64,000 nucleotides of DNA from Ginglymostoma cirratum (Eukaryota): assembly GCA_024137785.1 (NCBI GenBank), contig JAHRHZ010000019.1:27620343-27684342 (forward strand). The letters run 5' to 3'. Below are positions 50,625-63,815 of the stretch, piece after piece. Both the position numbers and the translations under genes were made by a program. Numbering within the stretch: position 1 is the first letter of the stretch; every line of letters begins with the position of its first letter. Below the pieces are notes generated by a model that worked only from the letters and a program-made list of their open reading frames with translations, was not told where the DNA came from and made no database searches.

Positions 50625-50821
50625 GAACTGTCAAGGTCATTGGAACTGTCAGAAGAATTGGCAAGATAGATCTCCAGAGAACGGTCACAAAAGCTTAAGG
50701 GAACTGTTAAGGTAACTGTTAGGAGAATTGTCTATATAGCTGTAAAAGGAAACTGACAAAGAGAACTGTGAAGGCATTTAAAACAGTTGCTCTTTAAATA
50801 TTTGATAAAAAGGAACTGTGT
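50625..50821 (+). repeat. Cluster of ~10 dispersed GAACTGTNA-like motifs
   Basis: Copies near 50625, 50643, 50655, 50679, 50701, 50713, 50725, 50750, 50763 and 50813. Confidence 0.65.
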
Positions 50822-51707
50822 TTCTGTGTTAAAAAAAGTGCTTGTGATTTCACTCTACCTATTGAAATTAATGTAAGGTTAATCATTACAAGACAAGAGC
50901 ATACCACTGATTTCAGATCCCTTGCACAGCAGGGTATCTGTCAATGCACAGCATGACAGACTTCTCCAAATGGTTATAGCTGAAGTGGGACTGAGAATTG
51001 CAAAACTTATTTTTACAGAGGATTTAAAGCAAGTTAAATGTGGTAAATGGATTTTTATCAATTTGACGGTTTGTTTTTAAATAGTGAATTTAAATTTATT
51101 TAATCTCAGCAGGGGTCCTGGGGTCTGCCCATGGTGGGCACTGAGTGAGTGGGCATGGCAAATGTGAGAGCAAAAGCTGGAAGAATGTGGGTTAGCATGA
51201 GTTGTGAACTGCTAGCATGGGGGCTGTAAAGGGCCGGGTATAGGTACTTATGTTGGCGTGGAAGGTATGGGAGACTCCTGCCTCGCCTCCCCCTGCTTCC
51301 ATATAACCTTCTGGAATGTCTTGACTCAGTGTCAGACTAAATGTGCCATATTAGAAATAGTATGACTAGCAGAAGGTGAAGAAGCCTCTACTCTAACTCA
51401 GTCATATCTTTAGCTCATTGTTAGAACTTTCATTAATTTCGCTATGACTGATGTTTTATGCTGTTTACACTCATACATTAAATACTTATATTTACAAGCA
51501 GCTGGGCTGGAGCTCCCTGGATTCATTTTGCATCCATGTTTCCAGAAGACCCTGACTCACCTTAGCCTAAGTACTTCTGTGGTCTGAGGCTTCTCCTTAG
51601 GTGCACTGCTAGCAGTAGCCACCACTCCCAGTGGAATTGCCTACAGTAAGTGGTAGGGCCCTGGAATGCATTGCTGGTGAGGGTAGTGGAATTGGCCTCA
51701 TTAGGGG

Positions 51708-51852
51708 CATTTAAGCGGCTATTAGATAGGCATATGGATGATAGTATAAGGTAGGGGTGGAGGTTAGATAGACCTTAGGTTTAGGGTAAAAGTTCGGTAC
51801 AACACCGTGGGCTGAAGAGCCTGTGCTGTGCTGTACTGTTCTATGTTCTATG
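51708..51852 (+). mobile_element. CR1 LINE extreme 3' end
   Basis: FKRLLDRHMD, then gtgggctgaagagcctgtgctgtgctgtactg(ttctatg)2. Confidence 0.85.
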
Positions 51853-54477
51853 GAGTGCACCTGATTTGGTAGCATCAGCAGGATTTCTGCCTGCAGCATC
51901 TTGAATTTTTTGGAAGATCCCGCAGTGACCAGTTAAGTGCCTGTCAAATATTTAATCCAATCGGGTCATCTTCTCGGAAGTGACTTGTGTTTTCTACTAG
52001 TTCTCCAACCAATATACTGAACTCTTGTTAATAACATGAAATTTCATGTACTCTGTCTCATAGTTGCTCTGTCATTCAATGTCTGAACTCTCCTCTGCTT
52101 TGTTTTGCGATTCATCATAAAACTGCTTAGTAGTATTATTGTGTGTATTTGAAGGTGGTCTGTAGATTGTCAGTGAATGAATTGCAGCCGTGCATCAATT
52201 ATTGTAATGAAATAAAATTGTTACATTTGTTCTCTTGTGGAGTTTGTCACGTACACAGTACTAAATTCAGTGTTGCACAAAAACCCATCCCACTGAGAAA
52301 CCTGTGGCACTTTTAGTTCTGTGCTACGAAATTATAGTTATTAGGTGCAGGTGTAGCCCTCATAACTTTGAACATTGCCTCTGGTAGGAAGGGCACCATT
52401 ATCAAAATAAAGCAAACGTGCTGACACCAGTGCTATTATACGCAGCTGGTTGACTTGAAGAGGATATTCTGTCCAGTTCCTCAAATGGCAGATGTCAATT
52501 AAATATATATGAAAAGATATAACACTTCCTTCTGACAACACCAGGTTTGGGATTGCTGTTTTGTCTGCCTGCGTTAGGGTGCCCAAACATACTTGAGGTG
52601 AAACTTTAGCTTTATTAAGGTCCACACGCATTGAAAAGTGTGTGTGCAATTCTATCGGTTATACGAGAGCAACTATAGTGGGCTAACCAGTCAGCTACTG
52701 TTCTCAAACCCACTGAAAAGCAACTGCAACAGGACTGGTCATAATAAAAGCAGTGCTGTAATGTACCTGTGGTCTTGTATATGTAAGGGAGGTGTGCTTA
52801 GGTGAGTTAGTAATAATCAGTAACTGAAAAGAAAGCTAAGTTAATGGGATGACACAGATATACGAGGAAGACTCAGAAATGGAACAACTCTTAATCCCCT
52901 TGAAAAAGACCTAAAAAACATTTTGCCAATAGCAGCAGCAGCAAGGAAAGTGTAAGCAAAGCTTCAGGCTTCCACTAAGGGTTAGAATTTGACACCCTGC
53001 CTCTCTTCCGTCACTCCCCCACCACACCCCAACCCCCAAATCCCTGCCAGTGGTGGACTTACAGACTGGGTTCATAAAATTGGGTATAATGTCATGGGCA
53101 CTGTTCTTGGCAACAACCTGCCTACCTCTAATTTTAATCATGGCAGGGGAGGCACTGAAAGGTCTGTCCATCATTGGTCCAATTGATACCCTTAAGTGTC
53201 CAATTGATTGCCACCATCCTTGGTGAAATATAACTTTGCAATTACATTTGGAAAGTCTTGTTATGAATCAGTAGATAGAATAAAAAATAGCTGGCTATGT
53301 TAAACACTGTGTCATCCATCTGTGGTCATTTAGTTCAAATAATGCATCTGCTAGGCTGAATTGCTGCAGAACCAAAAAAGTTAAATGAGCATTTGATGTT
53401 GCCTATTTTGGACTGTAACAGCCCTATTGTGGCATGTGTGCTTTAATGAATGGCAAACAACTGGCTAGCTTTTCAAATCCAAACTCTGTGTAAGTCAGCT
53501 TTCCATCTGCATTTACAGCTGTATCTGAATCCGCTGGTATTGGTATAACATACCCTGAGGTGGCAGGAGAATTGGATACAGTTTTCAAGTTCAGGTCTTT
53601 AATGATCTCCCAGCACTGTAGAGCCCTTGGAAAGAATTTCCCTACATAATGTTTCCCTGATCTTTTTAATAATGATTCTATGATGCATGGAAAGTTTCTT
53701 TCTACCAATAGCAACCGGGAGATAGCAGAAGTAAAATCAGGGCAGTTGATTTATTGCCAACCCCTCACTTCACTGCATTTTTTGCTGGAATCCTCTGCTG
53801 GGATACCAACTGCACCTTAAATTAGGGCTAATCTCATTAGTTGCACAATTTATATGATAAACACAGAACTCTGGTGCAGTTTTAAGGACACACTGTATTT
53901 GATGCTGTGCTCATAAAATTGATGATCACATGGATCTCTCCTAAAAAAGTGTAAACTTCATTTTGTGGGACCATGAGGAGCAGAAGTAGCCTCAAGATTA
54001 ATGTGGATTGTTTCCATATTGGACTCTCCCTTTGCTTGGATTGGTCTGTCTCTGGAATTGACCTTCCCCTGGCAGTTGACCAACCTGTTGCTGGTCATAG
54101 CCCGTGTTCTGCACCTGGACACTCTGAGTTGTGGGATTCACTATCATTTTAATGATGTCCCAGTCTCAACATTAAGTGGGCATCCCAGCAACACAACCAG
54201 TAATAAGCCTTCATGGATCAACCAAACTCCATCTGCTGGTTCTGCAGTATATAATAATTTCTCTAATCTGAAAAAGTTAGGAAAAAGTACTAGCATAGTT
54301 ATTTGAACACTTGGAAAACATTAATTCACATTCCAAGTATTCTCAAAAATTAACTTCTGTTTTAAAAACGTGAACATTTAATCTCTCTTTTGTACTTTAA
54401 ATGGGACTTAAAGCAGCTTCCCTTTAATTTCCATCTGGAAATGTGAAACGACAGGCAGTTCACAGAGCATAGATTAA

Positions 54478-55199
54478 ATGAAAACAGAAACAGAAATCAC
54501 TAGAAATTCGCAGGTCTGGCAGCGTCTGTGGAGAGGAAGTAGAGTCACATTTTGAGCTCAGTGGCCTTTCATAAGAACTGAACACAGCTAGGAAAATATG
54601 GTATATATGCTGAAGATGGGGCAGGGAGGGGAAAGAGTAAACAATAGGTGGAGATGGAGCCCAGAGAGAGAGAACAGAAGTAGGGGAGACAAAGTGGAAA
54701 GTGAGATGTTTAGGGACCCTGTAGCCTTCAAATCTCAATAACTAGTTCGATAATTCTAGGGCTTGAGCACCTCCTTTGCATGTCCTTCGCTCATGTCCAC
54801 ACACCAGGTCTTGTAACCACATGAGCTGCTTTCACCACAGCCAACCCATTTTCACCCATTAATGGCCCCCAGTAGCAGCTTTACTTCAACTCCGGCTCAC
54901 TGTGATCCATCCCTTTGTCTGCCCAAAAGCTGTTCTCTCTCTTTCTCTCTCTGTCTCTCTGGGCTGCATCTCTATTTATCATTTATTCCTTCCCCTTACC
55001 CCTGTACCTCCACCCCTGTCCCTGTCTTCAACACATTATACCAACATTTCCCCAGCTACAGTCAGTTCTGAAGAAGGGTCATTGGACCCAAAACGTTAAC
55101 TGTCCTTTCCCTCCATACATGTTGCCAGACCTGCTAGGTTTTCACAGTAATTCTTGTTTTTGTTTCTGATTTCCAACATCTGCAGTTCTTTGTTTTTGT
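54478..55199 (+). mobile_element. PLE 3' end (ORF terminus + 3'UTR + pseudo-LTR) preceded by an inverted partial copy
   Basis: 54710-54766 reads LGTL*PSNLNN*FDNSRA* (~LGTLQP.GLN.EF.NFR, PLE ORF end). Hammerhead-like motif at 55063-55102. 54478-54700 is a diverged reverse complement of ~54910-55170. Confidence 0.85.
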
Positions 55200-56507
55200 C
55201 CAATGAAAGCAGCTTCTGCAAAGATTCTCAATGGACACCACTTTGGATTCTCAGTCACACAACGTTCTGGTCCTTGCTCTCTGTAATCCTATCAAACAGG
55301 AGCTAAGCAGATCTGAAGAAAATTCTTTTTTTGTTAAAGCATTATTGCAAAAGAAGTGGCAGAATATCAACCTATTGCATCATATAACTTTCACCTTGAA
55401 TATTTTGCACATTCATCAAATACAAACTGTGTTTCTATATGCAGTACTATTTGGATTTTGCTGGTTTCAGTGATTCCATTATAAATGATATTTATGATTT
55501 CTGTTCAAACAGTGCAATGTTTTATAAGGAGCACTGAGCTTTGTAGCCTTTAGCACTGTAGCCTTGATTGTTGACATCTGAACAATTAAGCTTGGTTATA
55601 TCTTTTAACTTATTCAAATTCTGTTTTGTTGTTAGCTGGTTTTGATGAACAGAAATAAACAGAAATGAGCTCGTTGCAACTTGACAGCAAGTGGTGTTCT
55701 GAGTACTGGGGATGTGACCAAGTTGCTCACCAAAGGATATTAAATCTCTTAGTGAGATAATCACTGAAAGATTATACCCATCATATCGATGATAGAAGGG
55801 ATTTAAGAAGTAGCTTTCTCTCTTTGCAATGGTTATCTATTAAATAAACTCCAATGGAATTAATTATCCAAAAAAATTGTACCTCAGAGAAAAAAAGAAC
55901 CTTTCTATTGAGTTAATAACTCCAGGCAACAATGCTAATCCTTTTCCTACTAATTAACTAGGAATTATGTTTACTTGGTTCATTACGTTAGCTAACTTCT
56001 GTAATTTAACATCTGATATGCTGGTATTACCTCAACTTCCTTCAGCATTCTCGTAATAATGCAACAAAATCAGTCAACTGTGGCATCTTTTGTGAGGCTA
56101 CTTTTACAGCTGAAAGAATGTAACTATTTAGGTGAAGGTTTGTACTTATCACAGAAGACTTTCCAGTTCTGGGCTTTCAGCAAGTGTTCATGGGCCAGAT
56201 GAAGAACCGTTGTTAAGAACAAAAAAAGTATTGCGATTGCAGATTATCATCAATAAGATACTGATATGTGATGCACTTCATTGAAATCTTCCTTCATGAA
56301 GCATCAATCCTTTTAATTAAAGGGATAAGCTCTGAGAAATGGGCCCAGATCTCCCAAGGATAACAAACCATCATTAGTAGGTAATAGGATAGTTTTGTTG
56401 TCTGGTCCCTGTTGGATACAGTGGGGTTGGTGGGGAGAACAGATCAGAAGAATTGGGTCATTCTGCCTGATGTTTCCTGGGTAACTACTCAGGTGAGGAC
56501 ATTGCAA

Positions 56508-56569
56508 ATGTCCAGGGTCTCTGTCTCCAACTCCGAGCTGGAGACATTCATGGATGTCGCGTGGAAGAG
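56508..56569 (+). CDS. Candidate first coding exon of the HIF-alpha gene
   Basis: ATG at 56508 (second in-frame ATG at 56550) reads MSRVSVSNSELETFMDVAWK-AG|gtaaat. The phase-2 donor fits exon 2 (AG+A=Arg). No homology support; could be chance or a transposon relic. Confidence 0.25.
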
Positions 56570-57257
56570 GTAAATTAATACTAGAAGTTGAATCTTTCTA
56601 GGCAATTCACATATAGGTCAGTGCATCAGGACTTCCACAGGATTCCAACACATACCTCGGTTGTATATCTGGTTTCTGACTATCTAGAGACAGGAAGATT
56701 TGGGCCATATGTTTAGAACTATGAGAAACTGAGCTAAAATAGAATTTGCTGATTCAGTAAATTTCTTCAATAATTGCATCACAACATAATTGGCACATAC
56801 AATTACTTTGATTTAATGTTAAAGATTTCACATTAGTAGAGTTATGGCGCTGTCACTTTTAGTTCTTTGCCCTGGGTTTAAATGCAACCATTCTGGGAAT
56901 TTTGCATGTGATATTTCATCTTAATCTCCCAATGGGTGGAGAGGTAACAAATAAAACTTTCCATAATCCAGCAGTAATTATATTAATAATTATCAGATTC
57001 TTTAAGAAAGATATAAGAATGGCAGGCATGGAAAATACTTGCATTCAGTCACATGTGATAGGAGACATATTTCTGAGGGTGGGGTTAAAAACATATTGTT
57101 GATACCACGAGAGAGATGTGTTGTTCAGCATCTGACTCTTTCGAGTGTATGAAGCTAACTAAAATGATAAATGCATTCCAACATCTAGCAATAACGCTCC
57201 TTCTTCTTTGATGCATACTACTTTGCCACTTGAGTTGATCTCACCTACTTGCCAACT

Positions 57258-57840
57258 GGCCTGAATTATTCTCTACCCAGGTTAAAATACTGGGAGGGAG
57301 ACCCCACTGAAGGAACACCATCTACCCTGCAGCCATGTAAAGGTTTATTGGTTGTCAATAAGCTGGAGGCAGCAATGCTGCCTTTCTGGATCACGAAATC
57401 CCTCTTCAAAAAACGGAGGGTCCTGCTCAACCAGTGACTGGTGATCTGGCTGGATGCCATTCCTACAATGCCCCAGGAGAGGAGCTGGGAAGCTAGGTTT
57501 TGAGAAGCTTGCAGGAGGCCATCTTGTGGGCTCAGGGTTCCTGGCAAGGAAGAGCCCCTCTGCCTGCAGCTCGACTGGACTCTACCAGTCCATGGAGGGG
57601 CACCTAGAGGAAAGCCACTTCGCATGGGCTTCTCCTATCATCGGTTAAGTTCTGCTGGTGGCAGGATGAAGTTTATAGTTGGGTGTTCTTTGCCCACCTG
57701 GAGCCTAAGTTGACCACTGGTGGGCATGACAGTCAGTGCCATCAGGTATCGTTGCAGAGTAGGGCCAGGCATGTAGGCAGTGGGTTTTAATGAGCCCACT
57801 ACCTTCAAACCTGTCAGATCAGGAGTGTAGTATCCAACCC
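57258..57840. mobile_element. Old MITE, probably the same type as 34019-34750
   Basis: Degenerate TIRs ggcctgaatta and tatccaaccc around a GC-richer interior. Confidence 0.35.
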
Positions 57841-58390
57841 AATGTCTCTGATATTCATAACACAGATGTAATTAGAGAAATAGAATTCATTATTAATATA
57901 AATCCAGAAAGGCATACTGAGTGAAGATTTCCTTTGTGCGTATAGACAGTTGCACAACTTTTATTGATTTAGCAAACATAAACTGTCACAAATATGGTAT
58001 ACTTTAATTACTGAGGCAGACCAGCTTTACCCATTTATAATTTTTCATTCAAGTTACGAGGCTATCAGGTAAAAATTATACCAAATCATGTAGGGAAAGT
58101 TTTAACTAATATATAATGTGAGCTAGAGGGTGAGAGGGAGGGCAGAGTGTGGTGGAGGAGGGTGTGACCATAATGCAAATCTCATCCTCCGATAGTATCA
58201 ATTGAGGAATTGCCTAATGTTCTAGGAGAGGCAGCTGGGGCATTGTGGCAGGCAAAGACTGGATGGCCTGAAGATATCTGCATGTATGTTTCTTTCTGGA
58301 TTTCAAAATGAGCTGACAGGAGCTACTCTCCTTGTCATCAAATATGCCTGACTCATGCTTTTATGATGTTGTGTGGAAGTTCTTGTTTGA

Positions 58391-58627
<237 letters not shown>

Positions 58628-58959
58628 TAAGACAATATAAAATAAATCAAGTTTATAAGTAAATTTCTTTCTGTATAAACGCAAACCTTTGTTCTGTCAC
58701 AGATTCCCATCACAGCTAGCTGTATACTGTATTACAAAACTGCCTTTATGCAGGAAAATGTCTTACAGTTAGCACACTCTGTGGATCTGGTGCTGACCTA
58801 CATAGGTCTTCACCTATTAAGACAAATGGACAGATGTTTTTGAGAAGCATGCAATTTTCCCAATACTTGCTGCTGGGATATGTGGCTTTTCTCTGTCCAA
58901 TTTCCAGATCTCTCCCATTGGTGGATGACGGGGCCTCTGGCAGAATATGGCAATACATG

Positions 58960-59680
58960 TTACCAGAGAGGTTGACTGTGCTTAATCTTGACAAGTCACC
59001 AGGACCAGATGAGATGCAGCCAAGGACACTGAGGGAAACTTGTGGTGGTATTTGAAATGGTATCCAAAAGCAAAGGGAATTTGGAGGTATTTATGTACAC
59101 ATCATTGAAAGTAGGAGGGCAGGTTGGAAAAGTGATTAACAAAAGTTCTAGGCTTTATAAACAGGTCATCAACTAAGAATAGAAGGAATTTAAGATGCAA
59201 AAGCAAAATACAGTGGATATTGGAAATAACAGAACATGCCAGAAATGCACACCAGATCAGATAGCATCTGTGATGGGAAACAGAGTTAACTTTTCAGATT
59301 ACAACTCATTCTGATGAAAGGACATAACTTGAAATATTAATTCTGTTTTCCCCACAGATACTATCTGATTGGCTATGAATTCCCAGCATTTGTTTCTCTT
59401 TCTGATCTTCTGATAAACCTGTGGGAGACTCTGGTTTGGCCTCAGGTGAAGCATTGTGCTTAAGATGGGGAACCAAATGTCAGGAAGGATGTAAAAGCGC
59501 TAGAGAGGGTGAAGGAAAGATTCACAGGAATGTTGTCAGGTTTGAGGAACTTCAAGTATGTGGAGAAATTCGAGAAGCTGCGTCTGTTTCTATGTGAGAA
59601 GAGACAATTAAGATGATATTTGATGAATGGAGATATTCAAAATCATGAGGGGGTTGTACAGAATAGACTAGATTGAACGA
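58960..59680 (+). mobile_element. Old CR1 LINE fragments in HIF intron 2
   Basis: LNLDKSPGPDEMQPRTLRE...TLVWPQVKHC...RKDVKALERVKERFTGM. Confidence 0.8.
59198..59410. mobile_element. Old palindromic PLE mini-element nested in CR1
   Basis: Arms atcagatagcatctgtgatgggaaacagagttaa and ttaattctgttttccccacagatactatctgatt around ctgatgaaaggacataacttgaaatatt. Confidence 0.7.
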
Positions 59681-59689
59681 GGAATAAGT

Positions 59690-60190
59690 AAAACACTGCT
59701 TCACCTGTAAGGTGTATTTGGGACCTTAGACAGTGAAGAGAGAGAAGGTGAATGTGCAAGCATTAAACCTTCTGTAATTGCACGGGACAGTGCCAAGGGG
59801 GAGTGAGGGAGTATTAGGGGTGATACAAGAGTGTACCAGGATGTCACGGAGGGAGCGGTCTCTGTGGGATGCTGAGAGTGGAGGCGGAGGGGGGGGGGGT
59901 GAGGGGAAGATGTGTTTGGTGGTGGCGTCTTGCTGGAGGTGACAGAAATGATGAAGGATGATCCTTTGAATGGAGAGACTAGTTGGGCGGAAAGTGAAGA
60001 GAAGGTTCTTGGAAGGAGGGGAACAAGTGAGGGGAGAAATGTAGGAGATGGATCGGACATGACTGAGGGCCCTTCCTGGACCTGAAACGTTAACTCTGAT
60101 TTTTTTTCTTCACAGATGCTGCCAGACCTGCTGAGTTTTTCCAGCAACTTCTGTTTTAGTTCCTGATTTACATTATCCACAGTTCTTTTG
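59690..60190 (-). mobile_element. Penelope-like element ORF fragment (59690-60070, -) joined to an inverted family B terminus (60075-60190, +)
   Basis: The reverse strand reads ...HRDRSLRDILVHS...GTVPCNYRRFNACTFTFSLFTV*GPKYTLQVKQ, the Cys-knuckle linker before the GIY-YIG domain. Confidence 0.85.
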
Positions 60191-61639
60191 GCCCTCCAGG
60201 GTGTTTCACTTTTAATATTGTCGATGACATATTGCTCAGGCCTGCATAATTGGTCATAGCTTATTAATGTTAAGTTGTATAATTATTTCAGGAACTCAAA
60301 AAAAAGGGTTTGATAGTTGCCGGAATCCAAAATCAGCCAAAGTAATTCACTCATGCTGCAAAATTCTTGACTCAGTGTTTTAAGTGAGGTAATCTATTAC
60401 TGTGTGATAGAGGGCTTCTAGCAGTTGTTCTCCAATGTAATACAAAAATTATAACCAAAATAATATGTATTTTAACTTAAAAGTAACTCTTCATTAATGG
60501 TGTATTTTGTTATCCAACCATGTACAGTTAAACCTGTTGTTGTTTAAGAATCTTAATTATCTGGATATTAATCGACAATTTCCATGAATTTGTCTAGAAA
60601 TGATATTCCAGGAATAAAAGGTGATAGGGCAAAATTGAATGTGTTTCATTGAAAAGGCATTTTCAAGTGCTGCATTAACTTCACTATTTCAAGGTGAATT
60701 AGTGACACAGACATTTGCTGTAGTTCCACGCTGTTAGACCATCAAGTGGCAGGATGTGAGTTCAAGTCTAACTGAATGTCCAGTGCGTTTCTGATCTTAA
60801 CTGTGGAAAAATGTTGGTCAAAAGACTCTTGGAAGGCAGGCACCAACAGGCGTGTCTTAGTGATACAAGCTACTTATCATGTAATGTTTTCTATCTTCAA
60901 GGAGCTATTTCTTCAAAACATTCCGACAAGCAGTTCCATGCAATTGATGAAACTCATGGTGCAGTGATGAACTTCAGTATCTAGCTATTGAATATTACCT
61001 TATGTGAACTAAAATAACAGTTTTAATGAGACAACAAATTAAGCAAAAACAGGCAATTAACAGGTTAATAAGCAGAGTTTTGCAATATACTTAATTTGGC
61101 TTATGAACAAGGGTTGATCTTAATTAGGATCATATTTCATTGAAAATTGTGGATTGTTGCTCCAAAAAATTTTGTTGCAAAGACTTTCTGTGAATCAATG
61201 ACAGTTGAGTTCACTTATAAGAGATCCTTTTACTTTTCAGCTAAATAAGAAAGTAGTAGTTATTTACATCAAGAAAATATTTAAGGAAATACGGTAAACT
61301 GCAATTTGAGGGTTGTTTCTTCACAAACACTGCTTGATCTCCTTAGTTATGACAGATCTGAAAAAGTTTGACATTAATAGACTGTATTCTTTGATTGGGC
61401 TATGGAATATCTTTTCCATACATTATCAATTTACAGCTTCACCCCATCATCATCTGCCCAACTGCTGTCATACTCGTGCACAAAGATAATTACAGGGATC
61501 TTTATTTATGGCATTGCTTTATGTATAAAAAATACTATAGACCTTAATTTATTTTTGTTGGGGACATGCAGGCAGTTACTACTGTGAACCTTTCTTCTCA
61601 TGTCTTATGATTTTCCCTAAAACGGTATTTGAACGTTAA

Positions 61640-62150
61640 TGCAGTTTGGTTGCTGGGCATATTGAAAATCATGGGCGTTTCATCTGTGTTGCTGATGTGA
61701 CATAATGGGTTACTCTTGTTTTGGCCACTGTCTGATCTTGAATAGCTGGAAGTTGTCAAGGTTAGCATCAAGATCTTTTGGTAGTATCTAAGCAATCTTG
61801 GCCTCCTCTTGTAATGCTTGATATTTTTGGTCCAGCTAAACCAAGTAGCTGTTGCTCTGAAATCCTTGCTGGATTTGAGGTTTGATTTGGAACATATAAA
61901 TTCATAACTACACCTTGCATTGCTGGTGACAATGTAATCATTTCTGGTGATTTTTCAAGGATACAACATTTACTTCTCAAGATGAGTCCAGTGGCTGTTT
62001 GCTGTTCGCATTCGATCTCAAAGACCTTCTTCAGGGTAGATTGGCCCTTCTCCCACTGTTTCATTACCACTGAATTCCCTCACTGCAACACAATTATATA
62101 ATGAGTTGGCAAATGTTACAACTTTTAGCTTGAAACCAACTCTGTATTTA
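61640..62150 (-). mobile_element. Decayed pogo-family (POGK/Passer-like) transposase
   Basis: KYRVGFKLKVVTFANSLYNCVAVREFSGNE (Brinker-type DBD), HWTHLE...YIVT...KDFRATATW (CENP-B HTH) and ISNTDETPMIFNMPSNQT (first D of the DDE/D motif). Confidence 0.8.
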
Positions 62151-62369
62151 ATTTATTTTCCAAAGGACCCATTGCCACATGTAATCTTCTCTGTGTGAAC
62201 TTGTCTCAATCTCCCACACATCTTGGCAACTTCACTTGTGCTACCTGCTTGATCTCATGTGTTGGGAAATAAACAACCATTTCTGAAGTGAAATATTGAT
62301 GGTCACTCCTATGCAAGTAGAGAATGTTTTTAGCATAAGAGAGGGGCTGATGTATACACCAAGTTAAGG

Positions 62370-63697
62370 TATACAGACCTGTCAGTTTATTTATAGTGGT
62401 GGTGAAGCTTCCAGAAACAATTATTTGGGACGGAGTTAGTAGTCACAGGAAAAATTTGCGTTAATTAGGAGTGGATTTCTAAAAGGTAAATCATGTTCAA
62501 CTAACTTGCTGGAGTCTTTTGAAGAGATAACAGAGTGGATGAAGGTAATGTTGTTGAAGTGGTGGTTTACATGGACTTCCAGAAGATACTTGATACAGTG
62601 CAACACAACAAACATGTGAGAAAAGTTATTTCTTGTAGAAAAAGGGGCAATCGCAACATGGATACAAGATTGGCTGAGGGATAAGAAACAGAATAATGAT
62701 CAATAGATTTTTTGGGTCGGTGAAGATTTGTAGTTGAGTTCTCCAGGGGTTGGCATTGGGACCCTTGCTTTTCCTGATTTATATCTGGTGTGCAGAGGGC
62801 AATTTCAAAGTTTGTGGATGATACAAAACTTGGAAGCATTGTAAACTGTGAGAGCATTGTAAAACTTTAAAAGTACACAGAAAATTTAGCGGACAGGGCA
62901 GATATGTAGCGGATGAAGTTGTGTGCAGACAAGTATGAGGTGAGGTATTTTCATAGGAAAGATATGAACAGACAATGTGACACAAGGGGCTACAATTCTA
63001 AAGAATGGGCAGGAGCAGAGGGACCTGATTGTATATTTGCACAGAAAATGGCAAGACAGGTGGAAGAGAACAGTCAATAATGTCTGTGATATCCTGGGTT
63101 TTATTAACAGGAGCATAGATTAGGAAGGAGGGGATGTTGAACTTATAGAAGACATTTGTTAGACTTCAGCAGGAATATTATGTACATTACTGGATGCAAC
63201 ATTACGGGAAGGATGTGAACACATTGGAGAAAGTACAGAAGAAATTGAACACATTGTTTCAAGGGATGAAGAACTTCAATGATGAGGATAAATTGGAGAG
63301 GTTTGGACAATTCGCCTTGGAGGGAAGAGGTTAAGATGAGATCTGATAGAAGTCAGTTTTGGATAGAGTACATAGGGAGAAACTGTTCATATTTGCAAAA
63401 GGAATAAGAATGGGAGGGCATGGATATAAAGTCGTTTATAAAGGAAGCAAATGCAACTGAGGAAGAACTTCTTCACACATCAAGAGGTTCAGGTTTGGAA
63501 TGCACTACCTGGAAGTGTGGTGGAGACAGGTTCAAATGAGGCATTCAAGAGGACGTTGTTTCTATTTAAATCATCATCCAATATGCAAGGGTACAGGGAA
63601 ATAGCAGGATTATGGCACAGAGTCGTGATGCTTATTTGAAGAGTGGGTTATAGACACAATGAGATGAATGCCCTCATTCTGTGCTGATTTTGTGATG
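62370..63697 (+). mobile_element. Old CR1 LINE RT domain to 3' end
   Basis: YRPVSL...GFLKGKSCSTNLLE...YMDFQK...ISKFVDDTKLG...LRKNFFTHQEVQVWNALPGSVVE. Confidence 0.9.
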
Positions 63698-63730
63698 AAA
63701 TGGCAATTCTCAATAAACAAACATGCACAT

Positions 63731-63815
63731 ATGATGCTGCTTGGCCTGCTGTGTTCATCCAGCTCTACACCTTATCATCTTGGATTCTCCAGCATCTGCA
63801 GTTCCTATTATCTCT
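63731..63815 (+). mobile_element. Short PLE terminus (family A)
   Basis: tgatgctgcttggcctgctgtgttcatccagc...gttcctattatctc. 9-bp TSD catgcacat at 63722-63730 and 63816-63824. Confidence 0.85.

Noticed and set aside
50625-50821. CRISPR-like repeat-spacer array
   Set aside because: Repeats are only ~9 nt, degenerate and irregularly spaced in vertebrate DNA, with no cas genes.
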